From NCBI GenBank assembly GCA_033762915.1, contig JANRLD010000050.1, positions 1-64,000 on the forward strand: a stretch of DNA of 64,000 bases, read 5' to 3'. Under the pieces are notes generated by a model. That model was not told the origin of the DNA. It worked only from the letters and a program-made list of their open reading frames with translations, and did no database searches. Numbering within the stretch: the first letter of the stretch is position 1; the number at the start of each line of letters is the position of its first letter. A program made the translations under genes and the position numbers. Positions 49,361-58,481 of the stretch are shown here, piece by piece. The DNA is from Meiothermus sp. Lineage in GTDB: Bacteria > Deinococcota > Deinococci > Deinococcales > Thermaceae.

Positions 49361-50537
49361 CCTGGTCGCCAGCCGCGCCGCCATCTCGGCCATCTTCTTC
49401 GTCTGTGGATTCGCCTTCGCGGTGTGGGCCTCGAGGATTCCCGCTATCAAGGAGCACCTCGGCCTCAACGTGGGCGAGTTCGGGCTGGTGCTGCTGGGGA
49501 TGCCCATCGGGCTGGTCTTCTCGATGCAGCTGACCGGCTGGGGCATCGCCCGGCTGGGCAGCAAGTGGGTCAACATGGCGGCCTCGGTGGCCTACTGCCT
49601 GGTGCTGCCGTTGCTGGCCTTGGCCCCCAACGGCTGGGCGCTGGCGGCGGTGCTGTTTGCCTTTGGCTTCACACAGGCTGCGATGGACATCTCCATGAAC
49701 GCCCAGGCGGTCGAGCTGGGCAAGCGCTACTCGAGGCCCATCATGTCCAGCTTCCACGCCCTGTTCAGCCTCGGCGGGCTGGTGGGGGCCGGGCTGGGCA
49801 GCGTTGCGGCGGCGCTGAGCGTGACCCCGCTACCCTTTTTCTCCCTGATGATGGTGGTCTCCCTCCTGATCGTGCTGGTCTCGTTCCGCTATCTGGTGGA
49901 GACGCCCCTCGAGCCGGGCGGGGTGCATTTCGCCTGGCCCAAGGGGGTCTTGCTGGGGCTGGGCCTGATCCTGTTCTGCACTGGGCTGGGCGAGGGCGCG
50001 ATGGTGGACTGGGCGGCGGTCTTCATGCGGCAGGTGATGGGCAGCAGCGAGGCGGTGGCGGCGCTGGCCTTCTCGGTCTTCTCGGTCTCGATGGTGATCG
50101 GTCGCCTGACCGGCGACTGGTTCACCCACCGCTTCGGGCCGGTGCGGCTGGCCAGGGGCAGCGGGATCGTGGCGATTGCGGGCCTGCTGGCCTTGGTGTT
50201 GGCGCCCCAGCCCTGGGTGGCGCTGCTAGGCTTCCTGCTGACCGGCTTCGGCTTCTGCTCGCTGTTCCCGCTGGTCTTCAGCGCAGCGGGCAAGGTGCCG
50301 GGCATCAACCCCGGCGTGGCGCTGGCCTCGGTGGCGACGCTGGGCTACATGGGCTTCCTCACCGGCCCCCCGCTGATCGGCCTGATCGGGCACGCCAGCT
50401 CGCTGCAGGTCTCGTTCGCAGTGCTGATGGTGCTGATGCTGGTGATTCCGCTGTGGGCGGGGTTGCTGGACGTGGAGCGGGGAGCCTCGAGCCAGGGGCG
50501 GGGGGAGCAGACGGCGGGGGAGAAGTTGTCTGGCTGA
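49353..50537 (+). CDS. MFS transporter
   Basis: About 12 TM helices; MDISMNAQAV, MSSFHALFSLG, EGAMVDWA, GRLTGD. Confidence 0.92.
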   Translation: MNSLVASRAAISAIFFVCGFAFAVWASRIPAIKEHLGLNVGEFGLVLLGMPIGLVFSMQLTGWGIARLGSKWVNMAASVAYCLVLPLLALAPNGWALAAVLFAFGFTQAAMDISMNAQAVELGKRYSRPIMSSFHALFSLGGLVGAGLGSVAAALSVTPLPFFSLMMVVSLLIVLVSFRYLVETPLEPGGVHFAWPKGVLLGLGLILFCTGLGEGAMVDWAAVFMRQVMGSSEAVAALAFSVFSVSMVIGRLTGDWFTHRFGPVRLARGSGIVAIAGLLALVLAPQPWVALLGFLLTGFGFCSLFPLVFSAAGKVPGINPGVALASVATLGYMGFLTGPPLIGLIGHASSLQVSFAVLMVLMLVIPLWAGLLDVERGASSQGRGEQTAGEKLSG

Positions 50538-50551
50538 AATGACTTGGATGT

Positions 50552-50872
50552 ATGGACGACTGGCCAAAGTTTTCCCTGTAGATCGAGGTCGAGCAGGTTG
50601 ACCCTGGTCAGTGCGCCAACCGCAAACACGAGAACTTCTGCAACCCGCTGGTGAGGACGGAAGACGAGTGCTGCGGTGCGCCCAAGGTCTGGACGTTCGG
50701 CTTTCTCCCGTTCGGGTAGGACTGGCCTGACGAGGCTAGCCCCGACGCCATGGCGAGCTTGTGCTTTCTGCCCCCGATCTGTTGGTTTGGGACTTGAGTC
50801 GGGCGACCCTCGAGTGGGTCGTCTCCGAGCTTTTTGGCGGCAAGATGCGGGAAGCGTGGCAGTGCGCCTGCC
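50552..50872 (+). pseudogene. Degraded hypothetical gene abutting a family A element
   Basis: Protein-like reading MDDWPKFSL*IEVEQVDPG...ENFCN...KVWTFGFL...* then shifted APDLLVWDLSRATLEWVVSEL; two stops plus a frameshift. Confidence 0.45.
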
Positions 50873-50980
50873 TATTGCGTTTCCCACCATTACCTCCCTC
50901 GCGGCGGCAGGTAATGTACTCCCTAACAGCAAAAACCGCCCGCTTTAGCGCCGTAGGGAGTATGCGTGGGAACCGCTCTA
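50873..50980 (+). mobile_element. MITE-like repeat family A, complete, TA-flanked
   Basis: TA-TTGCGTTTCCCAC...GTGGGAACCGCTC-TA with two internal hairpins. Confidence 0.88.
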
Positions 50981-51302
50981 GAGTTCGCGCATCACTGCCC
51001 CTCAGCACATGCCCGGTTGCACCCCCGTTAACTGGCTGTTATTGATGCCCAACTGGGCGTTACCGAAACTGGCCTGAAAGGCGTGGAAAGCCCGGAAGTT
51101 ATGGTCGAACCGCACAGGCTCGGGGGTAAAGCGTTAAACGTTAACCTTGGGGCCTTTTTGCGATAACGGGGTAACGCCCGTGAACGGTAAATATCACAGG
51201 GTGTTACGCATTAAGTCACTAGTCTTACCCTTAGCTCGCCAGCCCCTATAGCTGGGCGCACCACAACCAAGCGGCACCCTGCAAGGTGCTTAGGTGACCT
51301 TT

Positions 51303-52217
51303 ATGCCAGAACTCTTCTCCAACGCCCCCTCCGCATGGCCTAAAGTCCGACTCGAAGGCTTGATACCAAGCCTGGCCCCCGAGGCCAAAACCGCCAACAG
51401 CGTAGCTTTCGCTACCACCATCGAAGCCACTTTCCGCGCCGCCAGCGGGGGTCTTCAGGTCCTCGAGGCCAACGTCGAGCGCCTGACCCGCGAGGGCGTG
51501 ATCGAGGTGCCCCTGCGTGTCCGCGCAGCCGACGGCGAGTACGACGTGTTCTTCTACCCCGTCGCCGACGAACAGTCCGCCGCCCACTTCGCCGGGGTCA
51601 GCGAGCTGGCCCGGAAGTGGGGCCGCCTGCGCCCGGTCTACTACAGCTCCCAGACTCTGCCCGACACCAACCCCTCGCCGCTCCCCATCACCCAGACCGA
51701 CCGCCTCTACCTCACCGCCGCCCAGGCCTCGCCCAAGGGGCAGTACGCGATGTGGTGGGCCAATGTGAGCGGCGAGCGCTTCCACCAGAGCAGCACCTTC
51801 GACCTGGTCGACCGCATCTACCGCGAGCTGAACGGCCTCGAGATGCGGGCCTACGCCTTGATCCTGCGTGAGATCGGCATGATTCACGAGGAGTACGAGT
51901 TCACCTCTGGCACCATGACCGACACCACCGTGGAGATCCCCCTCGAAGGCCCCGAGGGCATCCCCATGATCGCCACGTACTCGCAGCAGCGCGGCCTGCG
52001 CTTCCACTTCCACATGACCCTGACCAGCCCCGAGGCCCGTGACCTCTTCCTCAACCTCTTCCTGATGCGCATCAAGGCCTGGAAGCAGGAGGCCAACCTC
52101 GAGCACATCAAGCGTCTGGACTCCCCTTCGTACATCTGGTGGCGCGAACTGGGCAAGCGCCTGCGCTTCACCTCCGGCGAGCAGAGCATCCAGGCGGTGG
52201 GCTCGGTGAAGAGATAG
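51303..52217 (+). CDS. Hypothetical protein, paralogue 1 of 3
   Basis: Strong host-type codon bias; motifs FFYP.AD, LRPVYYS, KGQYAMWW, EIPLEGPEG.PMI, RGLRFHFH, WWR shared with the two downstream genes. Confidence 0.9.
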   Translation: MPELFSNAPSAWPKVRLEGLIPSLAPEAKTANSVAFATTIEATFRAASGGLQVLEANVERLTREGVIEVPLRVRAADGEYDVFFYPVADEQSAAHFAGVSELARKWGRLRPVYYSSQTLPDTNPSPLPITQTDRLYLTAAQASPKGQYAMWWANVSGERFHQSSTFDLVDRIYRELNGLEMRAYALILREIGMIHEEYEFTSGTMTDTTVEIPLEGPEGIPMIATYSQQRGLRFHFHMTLTSPEARDLFLNLFLMRIKAWKQEANLEHIKRLDSPSYIWWRELGKRLRFTSGEQSIQAVGSVKR

Positions 52218-52412
52218 CGGGCGGCGGGCAATAAATGGTGAAGATCGTTCGGCCGGTGGCTCATCAGTGACCCGATCCGCCGATCTTCTGGACTTGCAGC
52301 CCACGGCTTCCGGCCTTCGACCTTCGACGGTGGTTGGTTTGCGCTTGGGGTTGAATCCCGTCGCGCCCGTCAGTCGCCCACCAGCCGCCCCACACCCACA
52401 GGAGTTGCCGAA

Positions 52413-53351
52413 ATGTCCAAAGTCAGCCAGACCGTCCTCCTCACCACCGACGCTCCTGCCGACTGGCCGGAGGTTCGGGTGGACGCGGCGGCGCTGGGGG
52501 ACAACGCCGAGGCGGGTCGGGCCGAGCGTGTGCTGCGCTTCGTGACGGCGGCGGAGGCCGCCTTCCGCGAGTCCGGGGTGCAGACCCTCGAGGCCAACGT
52601 TCTGCGCATCACCGCCAAGGGGGTGGTGGACGTGCACCTGCGGGTGCAGGCCGGGAAGGAGCAGCGCGACCTGTTCTTCTACCCCGACGCCGACCCCTGG
52701 GCCGCCGGGCACTACGAGGCCCTGTGCGAGTTGGCGGGCCGTTCGCTGGGGCGGCTGCGCCCGGTCTTCTACTCCAACGACGACCTCTCCATGGTTTTCC
52801 CCGACCCGGTCGACAGTGTGGCCCGGCGCGACAAGCTCTACCTCAGCGCGGCGCTGTTCCCGGCCAAGGGGGAGTACGCGATGTGGTGGGCACGGGAGCA
52901 GGGCGAGCAGTTCCACTACAGCCCCACCTTCGAGCACTACGACCGCCTCTACCGCGAGGTCAGCGGCCTCGAGTTCAGCGCCTTCGCGGTGATCCTGACC
53001 GAAATCGGGATTATCCAGGACGAGGAGGAGGTCAGCAAGTCCTCGCTGCAAGACCGCAACGTGGAGATTCCGCTCGAGGGGCCGGAGGGCGTCCCCATGA
53101 TTGTCTCGTTCTCGCAGCAGCGGGGCCTGCGCTTCCACTTCCACACCGGGCGCACCAGCCACGAGTACCGCGACCTTTTCCTGCAACTCCTTATCGAGCG
53201 TATAAAACTCTGGAAAAAGACTTTTGGCTCCAAGCCCCACACCCTTCTAGACACCCCGCCCATGCAGTGGTGGCGCAGGCTCAGCCAGCGCCTGCGCGAG
53301 ACCCCGTCCGAGCAGGCCATCGGGGCGGTAGGAAAGGTGGAGAAGAAGTAG
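52413..53351 (+). CDS. Hypothetical protein, paralogue 2 of 3
   Basis: AGGAG RBS; same motifs. Confidence 0.9.
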   Translation: MSKVSQTVLLTTDAPADWPEVRVDAAALGDNAEAGRAERVLRFVTAAEAAFRESGVQTLEANVLRITAKGVVDVHLRVQAGKEQRDLFFYPDADPWAAGHYEALCELAGRSLGRLRPVFYSNDDLSMVFPDPVDSVARRDKLYLSAALFPAKGEYAMWWAREQGEQFHYSPTFEHYDRLYREVSGLEFSAFAVILTEIGIIQDEEEVSKSSLQDRNVEIPLEGPEGVPMIVSFSQQRGLRFHFHTGRTSHEYRDLFLQLLIERIKLWKKTFGSKPHTLLDTPPMQWWRRLSQRLRETPSEQAIGAVGKVEKK

Positions 53352-53353
53352 CC

Positions 53354-54271
53354 ATGCTCGAGCTTCACACCAATGCCCCCACCCACTGGCCCCGGCTGCG
53401 GATTCCGCGTTTCGCCACGGAGGCCGAGGGCCGGGAACTGTTCCTCGAGGGGCTACAGGCGGCCCTCGAGCCGGCCGGCTCCTACGTCAGCGAGATGAAC
53501 CAGGCGGTGCTGGTGGAGGGCGGTGCGCTCGAGGTGCCGATCCAGGTGCGCGGGCGCGACGGGGCCTTCGCGGTTTTCTTCTACCCGCAAGCCGACGAGG
53601 CCGCCGCCGCCCACTTCTTCGCCCTGCTGGCCCTGGCCGAGCGCAACCCCGGCTTCAGGCCCCTCTTCTACAGCCCGGCGAGCCTGCTCGAGATCTACCC
53701 CGAGGAAGTGCCGGCGTTGCCGGGCCGCGAGCGCCTGTTTCTGCGCCGCCTCGAGAAGGCCCCCGTCGGCCAGTACGCCATCTGGTGGGGCGAGGGGGAG
53801 GGCCTGGAGGGCTCCCGCACCGCCGAGTTGCTCGACCGCGTTTTCGCCCGCGTGGACGGCTTCGAGGGCCTTTTGGCGGCGCAAATCCTTCATGAGCTGG
53901 GCCTGCCGCAAGACGACCGGGTGGAGTTGCCGCAGTCGATGCTCTCGATCTCAGTACTTGGCCCCGAGCGCCTACCCATGATCGTTTCCTTCTCCGCCGA
54001 GCGGGGGGTGCGCTTTCACTTTCACACTGCCCAGACTACGCCGCTCCAGCGCGATCGGTTCCTCGAGCACCTCCTGGCCTACGCCGACGAAAACCTTCCC
54101 TCGCTCTACTTTGCCGACGGGGCCGACGCCGCCGGCCCTGCGCTGCGCTGGTGGCGCTCGGTGCGCAGTCGGATGGGTGCGATCACCCTGATCGATGTCA
54201 GGCAAACCCAGGGCACTCGGAAGACCGAGCCACAGACCGCGCAGGTGGTGTTGGGCGCGATGCACCGGTAG
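53354..54271 (+). CDS. Hypothetical protein, paralogue 3 of 3
   Basis: ATG 2 nt after the previous stop (MLELHTNAPTHWP); FFYPQAD, FRPLFYS, GQYAIWW, RGVRFHFH, WWR. Confidence 0.88.
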   Translation: MLELHTNAPTHWPRLRIPRFATEAEGRELFLEGLQAALEPAGSYVSEMNQAVLVEGGALEVPIQVRGRDGAFAVFFYPQADEAAAAHFFALLALAERNPGFRPLFYSPASLLEIYPEEVPALPGRERLFLRRLEKAPVGQYAIWWGEGEGLEGSRTAELLDRVFARVDGFEGLLAAQILHELGLPQDDRVELPQSMLSISVLGPERLPMIVSFSAERGVRFHFHTAQTTPLQRDRFLEHLLAYADENLPSLYFADGADAAGPALRWWRSVRSRMGAITLIDVRQTQGTRKTEPQTAQVVLGAMHR

Positions 54272-54312
54272 GCGGCTCTCGCGCCTTTGGCGGGGGGCCG
54301 GGGAGTCCGAGC

Positions 54313-54876
54313 TTAAGGCAAGTCCTCGAGCCGGTTCGCGTTTAGGTATAGGTCTTTGCCGAACCGCGCCTCGAGTCCCGCCCACTCGAGCCTTCGGACT
54401 GGGGCGGCCTCGAGCAAGCTCTGCAGCTTGAGCCGATCGCTCCGCAGGCGCTCCTCGACCTCGCTCAGCAGGGAGCGGTGGTAGAGCGCCGCCAGTGGCT
54501 CCATGTGGCCGCTCGAGCCGACCCCCACCACCGCCCGAACCTCGGGGCTTGCCCAGCCCAGCAGGTGTTCCCAGTACGGCCCGCTCAGCATCGGGAGGTC
54601 GCAAGCCGCCACCGCCACCCAGTCGTTGCGGGCCAGGGAGAGCGCGGTGTGCAGCCCAGACAGGCTGTCACCCCCGGGGAGAAGGTCGGGGTGGGTGGTC
54701 AGGCCGAACTCGGGGTAGTCCGAGCTCGAGACGATAAACCGCTCGTCGGCGGCCTCGAGTGAGCCCAGCACCCAGCCCATCAGCGGCCTGCCGGCGAAGT
54801 CGAACCGCGCCTTATCCTGCCCGAACCGGCTCGACCTGCCTCCCGCCAGCACTGCCGCGCTCCACCTCATCGGCAT
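54313..54876 (-). CDS. mobA: Molybdenum cofactor guanylyltransferase
   Basis: VLAGGRSSRFGQDKA, LSGLHTAL, AACDLP, EPLAALY, NANRLEDL. Confidence 0.92.
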   Translation of the reverse strand: MPMRWSAAVLAGGRSSRFGQDKARFDFAGRPLMGWVLGSLEAADERFIVSSSDYPEFGLTTHPDLLPGGDSLSGLHTALSLARNDWVAVAACDLPMLSGPYWEHLLGWASPEVRAVVGVGSSGHMEPLAALYHRSLLSEVEERLRSDRLKLQSLLEAAPVRRLEWAGLEARFGKDLYLNANRLEDLP

Positions 54877-54878
54877 TA

Positions 54879-54927
54879 GGGTCAGGGGTCGGGGGTCAGG
54901 AGTCAAGAGCCCAGAGCTAAGAGCTCA
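54879..54927. repeat. Degenerate heptamer tandem repeat
   Basis: GGGTCAG GGGTCGG GGGTCAG GAGTCAA GAGCCCA GAGCTAA GAGCTCA, followed by a family A end fragment GAGCGGTTCCCAC (54928-54940). Confidence 0.7.
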
Positions 54928-54995
54928 GAGCGGTTCCCACCCGCTGTGTGCCCTGTACCCGACCCTAGACATCTTTCCCCTCGACCCTCGAGAAT

Positions 54996-55520
54996 ATGGC
55001 CGTGAAGCTGGCCGTCCTTCTTTCCCCGGGTTTCCTCGAGGCCGAAGCCGCCCTGACCCTGGAGGCGGCGCGGCTGCTGGGCTGGGAGAGCTTTACGGTG
55101 GCGCGGGGCCGGACGAGCCTCGAGGGGGCGGCGGGGGCGGTCTGGACACCCCGCTTCACCTTCGTGGCGCGGCCCGAGCCGGACGTGCTGGTGGTTCCGG
55201 GTGGGGCCAGCATGAGCAAGCTGGGCCGCGACGAGCAGCACCAGGACTGGTTGGCCGAGGTCTGGGAGCGGCAGAAGGCGGTGTTCTGCGGGGCCAACGG
55301 GGCGCTGTTCTTGCTCGAGGCCGGGCGGGTCTCCGGCCGGGTTGCGGTCCACCCCGTCGCCAGGGAGGCGCTGGCCGGAACCGCACTGACCCTAGCCGAG
55401 GGGCCGGTGCACTGGAGCGGGAAAGTCTGCACCACGCGGGGGTACGCGGACCTGGCCCGCGCCCTCCTGGACTGGGCGGGTTTCGCCGATGATGCCAAAG
55501 TACATCTGGGTCTGACGTAG
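54996..55520 (+). CDS. DJ-1/PfpI family protein
   Basis: LAVLLSPGF.E.E, PDVLVVPGG, GALFLLEAG, VHP, GKVCTTRG. Confidence 0.8.
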   Translation: MAVKLAVLLSPGFLEAEAALTLEAARLLGWESFTVARGRTSLEGAAGAVWTPRFTFVARPEPDVLVVPGGASMSKLGRDEQHQDWLAEVWERQKAVFCGANGALFLLEAGRVSGRVAVHPVAREALAGTALTLAEGPVHWSGKVCTTRGYADLARALLDWAGFADDAKVHLGLT

Positions 55521-55600
55521 GGGCGTATCAGCCGCGAGGCCCTCAAACTACGCCCCTGCAATCACGAAGACTAACCCGGTCTTTGTGTATGACGTACGAC

Positions 55601-56119
55601 CTAGCGGCGGTGCTCCCAGACGATCAAGGCACCGTCTTCGGGGTCTTGCCGGGTACCTTCCTGGACGAAGCCGCACTTCTCGAGCACCCGCCTCGAGGCA
55701 AGGTTTTCTACCTGGGTCTCGGCCTTGATCTTTTTGACGCGGTTCTGCTGCCACAGCCACGCCACCAGGGCCTGTACGGCCTCGGTGGCGTAGCCGCGCC
55801 CCCAAACGCTGGGGTTGAGGCCGTAGCCGATCTCTACTGTTCCCTCAAGGTCGGGCAGACCTTTGCAGCCCATCTGACCCACGGCAGTCCGCGTGGCCCG
55901 CTCGACCAGGATTCCGCCCCAGTCCTCGGCCTGGGGGTTCTGCCGCAGGTATTCGGCCCAGCCAGCGAACACCGGCAGGGCGTCGCCGGGCCACTCGGGC
56001 GGGAAGTGAACTTCCAGACCCTGTAGGGTGGCGGTGAACTGGTCTTGCAGGAGGCGCTTTTCGACGACCTCGAGGGTGGTTTGAAGTATCAGCAGGCGGG
56101 ACGTATCGAGTCTGAACAT
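55601..56119 (-). CDS. GNAT (RimJ/RimL-like) N-acetyltransferase
   Basis: VEIGYGL, WGRGYATEA, NLASRRVLEKCGF. Confidence 0.92.
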   Translation of the reverse strand: MFRLDTSRLLILQTTLEVVEKRLLQDQFTATLQGLEVHFPPEWPGDALPVFAGWAEYLRQNPQAEDWGGILVERATRTAVGQMGCKGLPDLEGTVEIGYGLNPSVWGRGYATEAVQALVAWLWQQNRVKKIKAETQVENLASRRVLEKCGFVQEGTRQDPEDGALIVWEHRR

Positions 56120-56280
56120 GGGTGTCCTGGGCGCGAAAAACCGGCGTTTCGCGTGAAATGGGGGGCTGAGGGCTGGGGGCGACCTCGAGCTGGGCGGGAA
56201 CCGTCATCAAGACACCTGCGACACTCAGCCTAACAGACTTCGACCTAGCTTGGGCTTGGTATTGGTCTGAGCCTCAACAG

Positions 56281-56477
56281 CGTTCCCCCGACCCCCTCTG
56301 GGGTGCTCTCACCACCGCGTCAGCGGGCCTCGAGCCACAAGCCAATTGGCCCAAAGGGGGCTCCCTTGCTGCTCTGGATCTGCCGAGGGCGAGGGAGCTC
56401 TCCCTTGGGCGTTCAGCATGCGCAACCAAGGTACGCAAACGATTTGTTGCCTACACCAAAGAGGGGTAGGGGGAACG
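56281..56477. other. ~197-bp rod-like self-complementary element (candidate ncRNA or MITE)
   Basis: CGTTCCCCCGACCCCCTCTGGGGTG pairs with CACCAAAGAGGGGTAGGGGGAACG; inner stem GCCCAAAGGGGGCTCCCTTGC / GCGAGGGAGCTCTCCCTTGGGC. Confidence 0.55.
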
Positions 56478-56563
56478 TCTTTGGCTTTTGCCGTCACCGT
56501 TCAAAAAACCCACTTGTTCTGCCGTTACAGAGTTTGCGTCCCGATGGGATACAATGGCTACTT

Positions 56564-58369
56564 GTGCAGGATCGAGCGCTGATCAGAAACTTTTCCATCA
56601 TCGCCCACGTGGATCACGGCAAGTCCACGCTGGCCGACCGCATTCTCCAGACCACCAAGGCGGTCTCGGACCGGGAGATGCGGGAGCAATTCCTGGATTC
56701 GCTGGAGCTCGAGCGCGAGCGCGGGATCACCATCAAGGCCAGCGCGGTGCGGCTGTTCTACCAGTCCAAGACGGGCGTAACCCACACCTTCAACCTGATT
56801 GACACGCCGGGCCACGTGGACTTTGGCTACGAGGTCTCGCGGGCCTTGGCCGCCGTAGACGGGGTGCTGCTGGTGGTGGACGCTTCCCAGGGCGTCGAGG
56901 CCCAGACCATCGCCAACTACTACCTGGCCGCCGCCCACAACCACGTCATCATTCCGGTCATCAACAAGATCGACCTCCCCGGCGCACAGCCCCTCGAGAC
57001 CGCCATCGAGGTCGAGGAGGTGCTGGGCATCTCCGCCGACGACTGCGTGTTCGCCTCGGGCAAGACCGGCCAGGGCGTCGAGGACATCCTCGAGGCCATC
57101 GTCCACAAGATTCCCCCGCCCAAGGGTTCCCCTACCAACCCCGTGCAAGCCCTGATCTTCGACTCGATCTTCGACGCCTACCAGGGCGTGATCCCCTACG
57201 TGCGGGTGATGGACGGCGAGATCTCGCCCGGCGACCGCATCCGGATCTGGTCCACCGGCACCGAGTTCAACGTCGACAAGCTGGGCGTCTTTCGGCCCGG
57301 TGTGCTCGAGCCGGTCACCTCGCTTGGCCCCGGCGAGGTGGGCTGGATCACCGCCCGCATCTCCGAGATCGGCGAGGCCCAGGTCGGCGACACCATCACC
57401 TCCGCCACCAACCCCTGCTCCGCGCCGTACCCCGGTTTCCAGCCGGCCAAGCCGGTGGTCTTCGCCGGCCTGTATCCAACCGATACCCAGGAGTACAACC
57501 GGCTGCGCGAGGCCCTGGAGAAGCTCAAACTCAACGACGCGGCGCTCTTCTTCGAGCCCGAGACCTCCGAGGCGCTGGGCTTCGGCTTCCGCTGCGGCTT
57601 CCTGGGCTTGCTGCATGCCGAAATCGTGCAGGAGCGCCTCGAGCGCGAGTTCAACCTCGACCTTATCGCCACCGCCCCCAGCGTGATCTACCGGGTCACG
57701 ATGACCAGTGGGGAGGACTTAGAGATTCACAACCCCTCCGAGCTGCCCTCCTCCGACAAGCTCGAGGCGGTCTACGAGCCCTACGTCAAGCTGACCGTCT
57801 ACACTCCCGAGGAGTACGTGGGCTCCATCATGCAACTCCTGGTCGAGAAGCGCGGCAAGATGGAGCATATGAACTACCTGGGCAAGCGCGTCGAGCTGAT
57901 CTACAGCGTGCCCTTCGGCGAGATCCTCTACGACTTCCACGACAAGCTCAAGAGCATCAGCCGGGGCTACGCCTCGATGGACTACGAGCAGATCGGCTAC
58001 CAGGAGGGCGAGCTGGTCAAGGTTGGCATCCTGGTCAACGACGAGGGCGTGGACGCCCTGGCCTTCATCGCCCACAAGGACAAGGCCTACGGCATCGGCC
58101 GCGAGATCGTGGACAAGCTGGGTGAAGTAATTCCCCGCCAGCAGTTCGCGGTGCCGATCCAGGCCGCCATCGGGGGCAAGATCATCGCCCGCAGCACGGT
58201 CAAGGCCCTGCGCAAGGACGTGCTGGCCAAGTGCTACGGCGGCGACATCAGCCGCAAGAAGAAGCTGCTGGAGAAGCAGAAAGAGGGCAAGAAGCGCATG
58301 AAGTCCATCGGCAAGGTGGACGTGCCCCAGGAGGCTTTCCTGGCGGTGCTGTCGGCGGGCAAAGAGTAG
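56564..58369 (+). CDS. lepA: Elongation factor 4
   Basis: [60 protein letters not shown]. Confidence 0.97.
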   Translation: MQDRALIRNFSIIAHVDHGKSTLADRILQTTKAVSDREMREQFLDSLELERERGITIKASAVRLFYQSKTGVTHTFNLIDTPGHVDFGYEVSRALAAVDGVLLVVDASQGVEAQTIANYYLAAAHNHVIIPVINKIDLPGAQPLETAIEVEEVLGISADDCVFASGKTGQGVEDILEAIVHKIPPPKGSPTNPVQALIFDSIFDAYQGVIPYVRVMDGEISPGDRIRIWSTGTEFNVDKLGVFRPGVLEPVTSLGPGEVGWITARISEIGEAQVGDTITSATNPCSAPYPGFQPAKPVVFAGLYPTDTQEYNRLREALEKLKLNDAALFFEPETSEALGFGFRCGFLGLLHAEIVQERLEREFNLDLIATAPSVIYRVTMTSGEDLEIHNPSELPSSDKLEAVYEPYVKLTVYTPEEYVGSIMQLLVEKRGKMEHMNYLGKRVELIYSVPFGEILYDFHDKLKSISRGYASMDYEQIGYQEGELVKVGILVNDEGVDALAFIAHKDKAYGIGREIVDKLGEVIPRQQFAVPIQAAIGGKIIARSTVKALRKDVLAKCYGGDISRKKKLLEKQKEGKKRMKSIGKVDVPQEAFLAVLSAGKE

Positions 58370-58481
58370 ATCGGTAAAAGTCCCGACGCCAACGGCTTTT
58401 TCCTCACTTTCTAGGCTCCGCGCTCTGCGTGCAGTGTGCATTTGGTGCCGGGCATCTGGCCCGAGGCGTTAGGCTTATCCC

